A stretch of 64,000 nt of DNA from an uncultured Clostridia bacterium (GCA_937899875.1 CALBQP010000069.1:921-64920); one strand, 5' to 3'; numbered from the stretch's first letter, positions 36,629 through 46,257 are shown. Numbers and translations are program-made. The notes: generated from the letters alone by a model not told the origin.

Positions 36629-37774
36629 TCAAAATATACAGGCTGTGAACGTAAAGTTGTGGAACCTGTTGACGGGTTTTCCGTCCTCGTCGTACACAGG
36701 GCAAATCTCCCCGCCCGAGTAGCTCAGGAAGCAGGGGATGTCTCCCGATATATCGCGGGCAATGTCGATCTCTGCACGCATATCGCCGCCCGCAACCAGG
36801 TAGCGCGTCATGCAGGGCAATACCAGGAGGCCGTTGCGCTTGCCGGTCGCGACCATGTCCTGCAGCGACAGCTCTGCCGTTATGATCACATCATCCCTGT
36901 CTATCGAGCCAATGGAGAGCGTCGCGCCCTTGGGCATAAAACCGCCGCACAGCGCGCTGCCGTCAGGCAGGATATTATAAATCGCACGGGCAAAGGGCAT
37001 TGTGCCGTCCTGAAAGTCGACGACAAAGGGGATGGCGCCCATGCCTGCCCGGTCGTCGCCCAGCACGACGCCGATCGATTCCAGATACTCTATAATCGGC
37101 ATGCCGTTGACACCCTTCAGCAAGCAGTCCTCCGAGTCTGTAATGACCGCGTTCTGCGCCTGTATTTTGCCTTCCGGCATATGCGCCACAACAAATGTAG
37201 GTTCAATGTTCCCGTAGACAAGTGAAAACACCATGTTTTCCAGCGATACATTGCCATTGAATATCGTATATGTTTTTCCCAGATCCTTTGACCCGTCGCT
37301 GGCGACAGTGCCAAACTGCGGGACGCCGCCGGACACTTTATTAAGTGCCGCAAGCGGCCGCTCCGGGCCCGCTTCGATGACCGGCATAAACGTGAATATC
37401 AGCTTGGGATCCCCGTCCCGGCCTTCCGTTGCCGCCGCATATGCGGTGCGGATGGTATCCTCGCTGTCCGCCTCCAGCTTGCCCGACATCCGGCAGGAGA
37501 ACTCCAACTCGTCGCTGGTGATGACAGCCAGTGTGAGCATGACAGGGTCGTACTCGCCGTCTACCGCCGTTGCCAGCGTTGTGAAGCCCACCACGTCAAA
37601 AGGTAGATTGGCGGCAATGTGCTGCGCGACGCCCGTATCCACAAATTCGTCGTAACAGCTGAGTATGCCCAACGAATTTTTGAGCAGGCCGTCCCCGATC
37701 ATACCGTTGATTTCTTCCAGAGCGTCGTCCGCGTCGTCCGCTTCCAACGTATACGCGTTCAGCATCTTGATCAT
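36629..37774 (-). CDS. FIST-domain signal-sensing protein
   Basis: The 381-aa product ends with the FIST_C-like motif SYSGGEICPVYDEDGKPVNRFHNFTFTACIF. The ATG at 37774 follows AGGAGG. Its stop lies 6 nt before the hybrid kinase start. Confidence 0.7.
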   Translation of the reverse strand: MIKMLNAYTLEADDADDALEEINGMIGDGLLKNSLGILSCYDEFVDTGVAQHIAANLPFDVVGFTTLATAVDGEYDPVMLTLAVITSDELEFSCRMSGKLEADSEDTIRTAYAAATEGRDGDPKLIFTFMPVIEAGPERPLAALNKVSGGVPQFGTVASDGSKDLGKTYTIFNGNVSLENMVFSLVYGNIEPTFVVAHMPEGKIQAQNAVITDSEDCLLKGVNGMPIIEYLESIGVVLGDDRAGMGAIPFVVDFQDGTMPFARAIYNILPDGSALCGGFMPKGATLSIGSIDRDDVIITAELSLQDMVATGKRNGLLVLPCMTRYLVAGGDMRAEIDIARDISGDIPCFLSYSGGEICPVYDEDGKPVNRFHNFTFTACIF

Positions 37775-37920
37775 GGATATTTCCTCCTGACTGTATGAGA
37801 ATATATGTAATATAGGCAATAAATATCAAAAACAAGCAAAAATAACACTGCATTATCGCATACTAAGTATAACAATACTGTCAATCGTTGTAAAGCGGCG
37901 TTTTTCGGCATTAAAATGCT

Positions 37921-37954
37921 TGAAAACGGCGGATTTGCACCCCGCAACATCCGC
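37921..37954 (-). terminator. intrinsic terminator after the sensor/binding-protein operon
   Basis: On the minus strand GGCGGAT...ATCCGCC (37927-37954, with an inner TTGC/GCAA stem) is followed by GTTTTC. The hairpin starts 2 nt after the PBP2 stop. Confidence 0.55.
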
Positions 37955-37956
37955 CT

Positions 37957-38943
37957 TCAGCTGATCACAATAGAGGGGGTGATGTATGCCGTGTCGACGG
38001 GGTTGCCCAAAAGAATGCCTTCCACGCACTCTGTCACGGATGCAGCCAGTGGCGCGGCGTCTGTGGAGACCGTTGCAAGCAAAGCGCCTGTTTCCACTGC
38101 GTCGATGGCGGTGTTTGTCCCATCCGCACCCACAATCAGCAGGCTGCCCTGGCCGCCGTTGTCACGTGCCGCACGGGCCGCCCCCAGCGCCATGCTGTCG
38201 TTTTGCGCAAGCACGCCGGTTATGTCGCAGCCCTCCTGGCGGAGCTGGTTTCTGATGATGATATAGGCTTCGTCTTCTTTGCCATGCGCACACTGTATGT
38301 CGATCATATTGATATCGGGATATGTTGCAAGGACATCCCTGTACGCGCGGCTGCGCGCAATCTGAATCGCTGTCGCCGGCGTATCTTCGAGCACAAATAT
38401 ATTGCCCCCGCTGCTCATGCGCCGTGCCAGCGCCTGGGCCTGCATCGTCCCCACGTCGTACTGGTCCGGGCCTACAAAGCTGACGCAGTCCTCCTGGTTG
38501 GAAACCTCCGAAATGACCGTAACAACAGGAATGTTGTTATCCCGTGCGGTCTTCAGTACGCGCTCGCACGCCGTAAAGGATACTGCGTTCAGCAAGATCA
38601 TGTCCATGCGTTGAGAGACCATCAGTTCGATCTGGCTCAATTGCTTTTCGACGTTGGATTCTCCGTCGTACATCACAAGCTCTATATTCATGTCGGAATT
38701 TTTGAGCGCTTTTAACACTTCGTCCCGGACCGATACGGCAAACGGGATGTTATAATCCTGGCAGGCATACCCGACAATGTATTTTTTCTGCGTGTTTTCG
38801 CTGGGCGCATGCTGGGTGGTATTGTGATAGTTGCTGCCCATGTATTGCTCAAATATGTCCTCGTTCCAGGTGTCATAGCCGGATGTACATCCCCACAGCA
38901 GCAGGACGGCGCAAAGCAAAACAATGAAAAATGTTTTTTCCAT
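37957..38943 (-). CDS. periplasmic-binding-protein (RbsB/LacI-fold) lipoprotein, PBP2
   Basis: MEKTFFIVLLCAVLLLWGC carries the lipobox. The rest follows the type I sugar-binding fold pattern (VGYACQD...ILLNAV...VVTV...VGPDQY...AQNDSMALGA). The ATG at 38943 follows GGAGGGGGAGG. Confidence 0.82.
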   Translation of the reverse strand: MEKTFFIVLLCAVLLLWGCTSGYDTWNEDIFEQYMGSNYHNTTQHAPSENTQKKYIVGYACQDYNIPFAVSVRDEVLKALKNSDMNIELVMYDGESNVEKQLSQIELMVSQRMDMILLNAVSFTACERVLKTARDNNIPVVTVISEVSNQEDCVSFVGPDQYDVGTMQAQALARRMSSGGNIFVLEDTPATAIQIARSRAYRDVLATYPDINMIDIQCAHGKEDEAYIIIRNQLRQEGCDITGVLAQNDSMALGAARAARDNGGQGSLLIVGADGTNTAIDAVETGALLATVSTDAAPLAASVTECVEGILLGNPVDTAYITPSIVIS

Positions 38944-39833
38944 GACGCCTCCCCCTCCACAATCACCGGCTCCAGCTCCAGGTATGTCTGCTGGCGCAGG
39001 TCCGGGTTCATGATGATATCCACTGCATCGTACGCCCCAAGCGGACAATATACCGCCGCGGCAAGCCCTGCCGCAGCGCCGTCCAGCCCGCCTGCGCTGA
39101 TGACGGATACGCCCAGGCCTTTCTCTTCCGCATATGCCGCCGCGGCAAGCGCCATCTCGTCGGAATGCGCAAAGACATACCCGGGCGCCGGATCGCGCCC
39201 GTACAGGCCGGAATCACGTATGTTGGCGATTGTAGTCAGCTTGTTGTCATAGCCCACGCAGGTGTAGGCCATATCAATATTGTCGTATGCGTGCGCCTGG
39301 CGGTAAAACCCTTCGGAAAGATCGGCGCACCGCTTGGTTTCGGGATGGCAGCAAACCTCCAGCGTTACGGCATTGCTGCTGCCCGATTGTGCCGCAATCC
39401 ACTCCGCGACCATGGCGCCCACCCTGCCGTAATCCAGGTAGATGTGAACGTCGACATTCTGGTCCTGCTCGTCCTGGCCCACATAAGCGACGTAGATATC
39501 CTTGGCCCGGGCAGACCGCATCTGCCGCCCGGTGTATTCCTGATCATCGGAGACGACAATCAGCGCGTCCACCTTTTGTTCCGATAAAAAGAATATATCG
39601 GATGCCTGCTTTTTAGACGATCCCCCAGCATCCATTGCAATAATTTTGACATCGCCGTAAGCAGCGGCGGCTTCTTCCGCCTCCTGCTTGAATGCAAGCG
39701 AAGACAGATCCTGCATACTTTTTAATGAGACGCCGATCACCGTGCCAACCCCGTCGTCGGGCGGCGCCGCACAGCCGGTCAGTATCGCAGCCAGCATAAA
39801 CGCCGCCAACAGGAAGACCGCTTTATTCTTCAT
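38712..39833 (-). CDS. periplasmic-binding-protein (RbsB-fold) lipoprotein, PBP1, with an anomalous ~75-aa C-terminal tail that overlaps PBP2
   Basis: MKNKAVFLLAAFMLAAILTGC carries the lipobox. The fold appears to end near ...LELEPVIVEGEA, but the frame stays open to 38712, 232 nt into the next gene. Confidence 0.7.
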   Translation of the reverse strand: MKNKAVFLLAAFMLAAILTGCAAPPDDGVGTVIGVSLKSMQDLSSLAFKQEAEEAAAAYGDVKIIAMDAGGSSKKQASDIFFLSEQKVDALIVVSDDQEYTGRQMRSARAKDIYVAYVGQDEQDQNVDVHIYLDYGRVGAMVAEWIAAQSGSSNAVTLEVCCHPETKRCADLSEGFYRQAHAYDNIDMAYTCVGYDNKLTTIANIRDSGLYGRDPAPGYVFAHSDEMALAAAAYAEEKGLGVSVISAGGLDGAAAGLAAAVYCPLGAYDAVDIIMNPDLRQQTYLELEPVIVEGEASWKKHFSLFCFAPSCCCGDVHPAMTPGTRTYLSNTWAATITIPPSMRPAKTRRKNTLSGMPARIITSRLPYRSGTKC

Positions 39834-41023
39834 TTCGAATGATGCCTTTCTTTCGATACTCTGTCGGCGTGACGCCAAACATATTTTTAAATATTTCGCA
39901 AAAGTAGTGTTGAGAGTTATACCCGGTCTTCTCGGCGATTTCGTATATTTTCAGGTCGGTGCCGCCCAGCAGCTGCGCCGCTTGTTTCAGCCGGTATTTG
40001 GTCATGTATGTCACAAACGTATCGCCGGTTTCCTGCCGGAAAAGTTTGGTCAGGTATCCCACGCTGATACTGTTTCTTTCTGCAAAGGTGGTTAGCTGCA
40101 GCGCCGGGTCGGCATAGTTCTCGCGTACGTATTCCATAATCCGGTTTACGATGGGGAGCGTTTGCGTATCTTTTTCCATGTGCGCCTTCACCTGCAGGTG
40201 CGCCGCGTGAACGTCATACCCCTCCACCCGGCCAAAATACGCGTGGACATCGTGCATCATGCCCGCGGTCACACGTTCTGTGATCAAACGCTGTTGCCTG
40301 CTGCCGGGGGGTATACAACGCGGATATGCTGTCGTCCTTATTGATCCATGTGACAAAGGGCCGGAAATGTTCCAGCGCCGTATCCACTGCCGCGCGCAGT
40401 TTTTTTGTCTCATCTTCCCTCTGCTGTTTCTCCTCTTTGGTTTCAATATCGGTTTTCTTCAGGTCAAAAAAACGCACATAACCCATATCTGCGGGAATTT
40501 CCACATCCAGCAGGGCAAGGCTCTCCCTAATCTTTGAGTTGTCTCCCTGTTCTACCACAAGCTGGCGGAGCAACTCCGCCTCCAAAACAGGTTTGTTCTG
40601 GTCCACAAGCGAGCGGGCCTCTGCATAATCGGTGCGCTTTTGCCGGCGTTCCTCCACCTCGGCGCATGCCTTTTTCAGCAAATCCTGCAGTGCGTCTTCA
40701 TCAATTGGTTTGAGAATGTAATCGTACACACCCAGCGTCAGTGCCTGTTTGGCATAGCGAAAGTCGTCGTAGCCGGTGATGACGATAAAAACAGGATCGT
40801 CCAGGCATTCCTTTGCCTGCTCCACAAACTCGAGCCCGCTGACGATGGGCATACAAATGTCCAGCAGGCAGATGTCGGGCAGCCGCTCCCGGGCAATTGC
40901 CAGCGCTTCGCTGCCATTGGCCGCAAGCCCCACCACTTCCATGCCGAGCGCGGCCCAATCAAATGCGTCGTTTATGCCGTTCCGGATATATTTTTCGTCA
41001 TCCGCTATCAGTACTTTGATCAT
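39823..41023 (-). pseudogene. YesN-like response regulator (REC plus AraC HTH) split by a frameshift at a G6/C6 homopolymer
   Basis: Frame A (41023 downward) reads MIKVLIADDEKYIRNG...LLDICMP...KP...SISALY and then degenerates. Frame B resumes with ...GSRQQRLITERV...IMEYVRENYADPALQLTTFAERNSISVGYLTKLFRQETG...TGYNSQHYFCEIFKNMFGVTPTEYRK. The switch falls at 40306-40311. Confidence 0.8.
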
Positions 41024-42789
41024 GTTCTTCCTCCGTCAAGGTCGGTGACCGCGGCGCATCGTATGGTCACCGTTGTCCCTTCCCCGTATACGCTCTCAAT
41101 GCTGACCCCGTATATGGTTCCATAATACAGCTTGATCCGCTCGTTTACATTATAAATGCCGTACCCTTCCTCGCCCCGTTTGCCCTCCCGCAGGTTTGCG
41201 TTGATTACCTCCAGTTCGGCGGTGCGTATGCCTGCGCCCGTGTCCGTGATCCGGAACACGAGGTCAGTGCCTTCCATTGCGGCAGACACCGTAATTTTGC
41301 CGCCCTCCGGCTTCAGCTTGATGCCGTGGTAGATGGCGTTTTCCACAATTGGCTGCAAAATCAGCTTGGGTACGGAGTATGCCTGCAACCCCGGCTGTTC
41401 GCTGATCTCGTAGGAAAGCAGATCCTCGTACCGCGTGCTCTGGATGATCAGGTAATTGCGCACATGGGTGATTTCCTGGTCCACGCTGATAAAATCCTTG
41501 CCGCGGCTGATGCCGATGCGGAAGAATGTGGTCAGCGCTTTGATCATATCGACCACCTCGGTCGCGTTGTACTTCTTTGCCATCCACTGTATCGTGTCAA
41601 ACGTGTTGTACAAGAAATGCGGATTGATTTGCGCCTGCAGCGCGAGCAGCTCGGCCTGGCGTTTTTGCTGTTGCTCTTCGTACACAAGGTCCACCAGGTC
41701 GTTTATTTTCTCTGTCATGCTGTTGAAGCTGCTGCCCAGCATGCCGATCTCATCCGACGATTTGATGTCCGCCCGGACGGAAAGATCGCCCGATTCGGTT
41801 ATTTTCATCAGCTTGCTGAGCTCGCGGATCGGTTTGGTGATCATGCGCGCCATCATTACGGCAATGCATATGGCGATGGCCAATAGCAACACCATGATAA
41901 AAAGCATGGCCTGCTCGTATTCAGTGATGGCGGTCAGCATATCCTTGATGGGGAAGACGCCCACGGTCTTCCAACCGGTGTAGTCCGACTGAAAATAGAT
42001 GAACTGGTAGCTTTCGCCGTCGATGTTTTTGGTAAAAAGCCCGGCGCTGCCATCAAACCATTCCGGCCGGACGCGGGCAATGACGTCGTCGGCGGGCGTA
42101 TAGGCCATTTCGTTGGTGCTGTCCAGTATAAAGAACGAGCCTTCCTCGCCCGGCTTGATGTTTTCCGTCAGGTTTTCAAAGAAGCCCGCATCGATATCGA
42201 TTGCAATGGCGCCTGCGGGGCTTTCCGTTGTGCGGTCGGTCACGGCTTTTGCTACGCAGATGATGTCGTCCATACTCTTTTGGTCGAAATATTCCATGTT
42301 GCGGTCCGCGGGCTTGTTGATCAATACAACGCTGCCGGGCGACGCAACGCACTCCGCATACCAGCTGCTGTCCATGAACCCCGATTCCTCCACGGCATAC
42401 ATCTCGTTGCTCAGCAACCGGCCCGCGTTGTTGACGATGGCAATGCCCTGGATTTCGGGATTGGCGGACTTGACCGTCTCCAGCGTGGACCGTATGTCCA
42501 GCCGCAGGTCCGTGCTTGCCGCCACGCCGTACTGGTCCTGTATAAAGCGCTGCACCTGTGTGTTGACAGACAAAATCTCGATGAGTTTTTCAATGGAACG
42601 TATCTGGCTGTCCACGTTCTGGTTGGTTTGGTAAATGGACTACAACGCGTACCTGTTTGTCGTCTCGTGTATGGTGCGGGCGAAATAATTGTTGGCAAAG
42701 AAAATCAGCACGCAGGACACAAAAAGGATCAACACCGTGATGACCGCTATGAACTTGTACATAATGCTGATGGCTTTTTGGTTTTTCAT
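41020..42789 (-). pseudogene. YesM/LytS-like sensor histidine kinase (TM-sensor-TM-HAMP-His_kinase-HATPase) interrupted by an in-frame TAG
   Basis: From the ATG at 42789 the frame reads MKNQKAISIMYKFIAVITVLILFVSCVLIFFANNYFARTIHETTNRYAL-TAG(42640-42642)-SIYQTNQNVDSQIRSIEKL... It continues in the same frame to INPHFLYNTFDTIQWM and the HATPase TDTGAGI. Confidence 0.8.
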
Positions 42790-43013
42790 TGCTCTACCGG
42801 GTCGATATACGTCTGGATTTAAAACAAGCTATCACTTCCAATAACCGGGCATTACCCGGTTTGGCGCTGTTTGGCGCGTGCTGCAACAAACAGTTGCTTA
42901 ATTATAACACAGACGACTGGTGGGAAAACCTACAGATGTTTTATATAATTTTGCTATGTGTTTGACCTGTGTGCCTGCGGTGCTTGTCTCCTTATGCCCC
43001 GATGACCGGCGTT

Positions 43014-43862
43014 TCACAGAAAAACGATACCCAGCACCGTCATCGCGATGCCTGCGATGATCATCAGCCAACCCACGATGCGGCTGATGAGGGCGCCTGC
43101 CCGAACATTCTTTTCCACATACATGATAATGGTGAAAAGCCCCATCCAAAGCAGGTTCATCAACCCCAGCGGAAACAGTATGACCATCAGCGCCCAGCAG
43201 CACGCCACGCAGATAGCGCCGTGTTTGATGCCGATGTAAAGCGCGCCGCCGTACCCGTTGCGCCAGTTGCGGATCAAAAACATCACCGGATGGCGGCAGC
43301 CGTGAAGGCACGCCTCCTTGAGCCTGCTGATCTGGTAGAAGCCGCAGGCGACAAACAGCACGCCCGTGGCAATCATTGCGTGGGACGACTGGCCCAGCCA
43401 GTCCCCAATCAGGTTGTATATCAGCGTGGCGACAGCCCAGCACGCAATGCCAAATGCCGCCCAAAGCAGTATGTAGCCGGCCACAAATATGATCGTATAG
43501 CCGTTTGCCTCTTTATCGGTTTTTTTGAATTTGTTGTGCAGCAGCGCCTGGTACGCGTAGATCATCGGAATGGCGGTAGGCAGCATCATTGCGACGCACA
43601 TAATAATCCACATGGGCACAAACATCGCAAAATCGGGCGCGGCCATATCCGTGGCTGCCCGCGCGGCCATTGCGGCGTCCATGCCCGCGTCGGCCCCGGC
43701 CCCCATGTCCATCACCATGCCGCCGTCGCCGGACGATGTGGCAATCGTATACACCCATGCCAACGCCGTAAATGCAATCAATACCGCAAATATCACCCGC
43801 TGGTAGGGCATCCACCTGCGCCTTTTCGGTTTGCTTTCCTGTGCCACTTGATTCGCATCCAT
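43014..43862 (-). CDS. DUF2182-like predicted metal-binding integral membrane protein
   Basis: Translation reads MDANQVAQESKPKRRRWMPYQRVIFAVL..., with about 6 TM segments and the motifs KEACLHGCRHP and GAICVACCW. The ATG at 43862 follows AAGAGG, 5 nt after the ABC ATPase stop. Confidence 0.65.
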   Translation of the reverse strand: MDANQVAQESKPKRRRWMPYQRVIFAVLIAFTALAWVYTIATSSGDGGMVMDMGAGADAGMDAAMAARAATDMAAPDFAMFVPMWIIMCVAMMLPTAIPMIYAYQALLHNKFKKTDKEANGYTIIFVAGYILLWAAFGIACWAVATLIYNLIGDWLGQSSHAMIATGVLFVACGFYQISRLKEACLHGCRHPVMFLIRNWRNGYGGALYIGIKHGAICVACCWALMVILFPLGLMNLLWMGLFTIIMYVEKNVRAGALISRIVGWLMIIAGIAMTVLGIVFL

Positions 43863-43867
43863 ATCGT

Positions 43868-44557
43868 TCAAACCTCTTTCGTTACTTCGCGGGAGCCCGC
43901 CTCGCGCAGCTTTCCTTTTTCCATGATCATCAGCCTGTCGCCGTATCCTGCCGAATCCTGGTCGTGCGTCACCATGATCATTGCGGTGCCCGCTTTGTTC
44001 AGCGCGCTGAACAGCTCCATGATTTCCTTTGTGGTCTCGTGGTCCAGGTCGCCCGTCGGCTCGTCCGCCACAATCACCTTGGGGCCGCACATCAATGCCC
44101 GCGCAATCGCGACCCTGCGGCTTTCGCCACCCGAAAGCGTTGTGGGGCTGTGCCCGGCAAAGCCCTGCAGGCCAACCTGCTCCAGCAGCTTGCGGGCGCG
44201 CTTTACACTGTGCTCCGGCGTCTCGAAAAAGAATGCGGGCAGGCGGACATTGTCTATAACGGACAGGTTGTTCAGCAGGCCGCAGCCCTGCGGCACATAT
44301 CCTATATTGCGGTTGCGTATTTTGGACATTTCCTCGTCTGTCAGGCTGAAAAGATCGGTGCCCTCAAACAGGATTTTTCCGCCGTCCGGTTTCAGCAGGC
44401 CCACCGTCATGTTCATCAGCGTGCTTTTGCCACTACCCGATTTGCCCACGATCGTCACAAAATCGCCTTCGTTTACCGTCAGGCTGACGTCGTCCACCGC
44501 GTCAAATGTGCGTCCGCGCGTATATGTTTTTTTGATGTTTTGAATTTCCAGAAGCAC
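43868..44557 (-). CDS. ABC transporter ATP-binding protein (MacB/LolD-type)
   Basis: Contains Walker A GKSGSGKSTL, the signature LSGGESRRVAIARAL and Walker B VIVADEPTGDLD. Confidence 0.9.
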   Translation of the reverse strand: MLLEIQNIKKTYTRGRTFDAVDDVSLTVNEGDFVTIVGKSGSGKSTLMNMTVGLLKPDGGKILFEGTDLFSLTDEEMSKIRNRNIGYVPQGCGLLNNLSVIDNVRLPAFFFETPEHSVKRARKLLEQVGLQGFAGHSPTTLSGGESRRVAIARALMCGPKVIVADEPTGDLDHETTKEIMELFSALNKAGTAMIMVTHDQDSAGYGDRLMIMEKGKLREAGSREVTKEV

Positions 44558-44560
44558 TTG

Positions 44561-45763
44561 TCAGTTCTCCCTCATTACAGTATATGTATCCGCCTGGCCA
44601 ATTTTGCGCGCAGGCGGCAGGCAGGCCAGCGGGCCGGTCAGTACCGAGACGGCTGCGCTCAGCACGCCGTAGCCGATGATTTCTGCAGTTGTGGGCATTA
44701 GGAAAGGCATGCCCAGCATGTCGCCTATGTATGTGGTGAAAGGGAAGTAGATCAGCGACGCCAGCAATATGCCGCAGGCCGCGCCCACCAGGCTGATCAG
44801 TACAGCCTCCGTCATCACCAGGCCAATGATTTTTTTGCGGGTCGCCCCCTGTGCGCGGAACAGCGCAAATTCGCTGCGCCGCTCGTTGATGGTCACAGAG
44901 AACATGATGACCAGCACAACGATGCACAGTACAAATATCAGCGCCGCCAACATGTAGATCAGCAGCGTCATGTTGCTGAGGCGCGACGAGATGTCGATCA
45001 GCATATCGGATGACGTCACCACATCGGTGTTGAGGTGCGCGTTAATGATTGCGGTGCGAACAGGCGCGGGGTCGGTACCGTCATCCAGCTTGACCATGAC
45101 GGAAGAAACATCCGCACCCCCGACATCGCCGGGAAGAAGCCCGCTCTCGCGCGACAGCTCAATCATGTGCTGGGCGGTGTCCATTGTCATAAAGACCGAT
45201 GAATCGAACCCCATGCCGGTGGCGTCCATTTTGGCCACGACTTTGAAGGGCTGGTTGAAGAAAATGACCTCGTCGCCCGGCTCGGCCAGTATCAGGTCGC
45301 CGATCACCACTTCGCCTGCCTCCAGCGGCCGTTCCATCTTGCCGATGATCCACGGCTGGATGTTGAAATCGGTAGCGGGATCGTAACCGATCAGTTGCAC
45401 GGGCACCGTGCAGCATGCGGCGTCCAGCGATTGTATGAAAAGCTGGGGACTTGCCGTCTTCACCCCCGGCATAGCGGCAATTTCGGCCGTGATATCCTCG
45501 TCCAGGTAAAAAGCGCTGGGTTCGCTCCGTAGCAGCAGGCCCTCGGCCGATGCGTCGCTGCCGCGTGGCACCACCATCATATCCGCGCCAAAACGGCCCG
45601 ACATGCTGTTCATGCCGTGCTGGATGCTGCTGACCAGCATCATGCCGCCAAAAAGCACCGCTGCCAGCAATGTAACAAGGACGATAAGTCCCACCGTCCT
45701 GTTCGCCCTGCTTTTCAGGTTACTTAACGCCAGTGTAAACGTAGTCAGTTTTTTTTCAGTCAT
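44561..45763 (-). CDS. ABC transporter permease, FtsX/MacB type with a large extracytoplasmic domain
   Basis: The 400-aa product has TM1, then a ~230-aa loop (containing SLDAACCTVPVQLIGYD), then 3 C-terminal TM segments with the FtsX-like motif INERRSEFALFRAQGATRKKI. Confidence 0.85.
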   Translation of the reverse strand: MTEKKLTTFTLALSNLKSRANRTVGLIVLVTLLAAVLFGGMMLVSSIQHGMNSMSGRFGADMMVVPRGSDASAEGLLLRSEPSAFYLDEDITAEIAAMPGVKTASPQLFIQSLDAACCTVPVQLIGYDPATDFNIQPWIIGKMERPLEAGEVVIGDLILAEPGDEVIFFNQPFKVVAKMDATGMGFDSSVFMTMDTAQHMIELSRESGLLPGDVGGADVSSVMVKLDDGTDPAPVRTAIINAHLNTDVVTSSDMLIDISSRLSNMTLLIYMLAALIFVLCIVVLVIMFSVTINERRSEFALFRAQGATRKKIIGLVMTEAVLISLVGAACGILLASLIYFPFTTYIGDMLGMPFLMPTTAEIIGYGVLSAAVSVLTGPLACLPPARKIGQADTYTVMREN

Positions 45764-46184
45764 TTTGCTTTGTGTTTCTCCCCGCCCGCAGGGCCATGAT
45801 GGCGCCCAGCAGCATTGTGAATGCCGACAGTATTATTATAGCGGGTTTGGTACCCATTACGCAAGACATTGCCGGGTTCATGCACACGCCGATAACCGAT
45901 GTGACCAGAAGCAGCGCGCACAGGCCGCCCAGCGCCGCGAAAATACCGCTTGCCATACGCCCGCCGTCTTTTTTGACAACCAGGCTGAGCACGCCGGCGG
46001 CAAGGATCATGAGGCCCGTCAATATTTCAGCCTGCGCGGTCCAGTGGCACTTCATGGGAACTTCCTTGCCTGCGTCGGTCACCAGCGTGCCTTCGCACAC
46101 AGGCAGTATGAATTGCGGAACCAAAATGATCAACAAACCCAAAATCATGATCACGACGGATAATACGATATCCAATTTTTTCAT
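45756..46184 (-). CDS. DUF4418-like small Cys-rich membrane protein
   Basis: The 142-aa product has 4 TM segments and the motifs PVCEG, PMKCHWT and GVCMNPAMSCV. Its stop overlaps the FtsX-permease start by 8 nt. The family is recalled from memory. Confidence 0.6.
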   Translation of the reverse strand: MKKLDIVLSVVIMILGLLIILVPQFILPVCEGTLVTDAGKEVPMKCHWTAQAEILTGLMILAAGVLSLVVKKDGGRMASGIFAALGGLCALLLVTSVIGVCMNPAMSCVMGTKPAIIILSAFTMLLGAIMALRAGRNTKQND

Positions 46185-46257
46185 AAAACAGCACCCCTTA
46201 TATTTTGTTATACTATTAGACCCAATTATATATGAATCCCCAGTCGAGCAAAAGCTG

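Noticed and set aside
42640-42642. The in-frame TAG read as pyrrolysine or as programmed read-through.
   Set aside because: No pyl genes are visible. TAG terminates at least two other genes in this window (MATE and Hpt). The neighbouring regulator is independently broken, so pseudogenisation is the simpler explanation.
42969-44543. A 524-aa plus-strand ORF spanning the DUF2182-like and ABC ATPase genes.
   Set aside because: It has no recognisable motifs and a Pro/Arg/His-rich composition. The opposite strand encodes Walker A, Walker B and the ABC signature. This is a shadow ORF.
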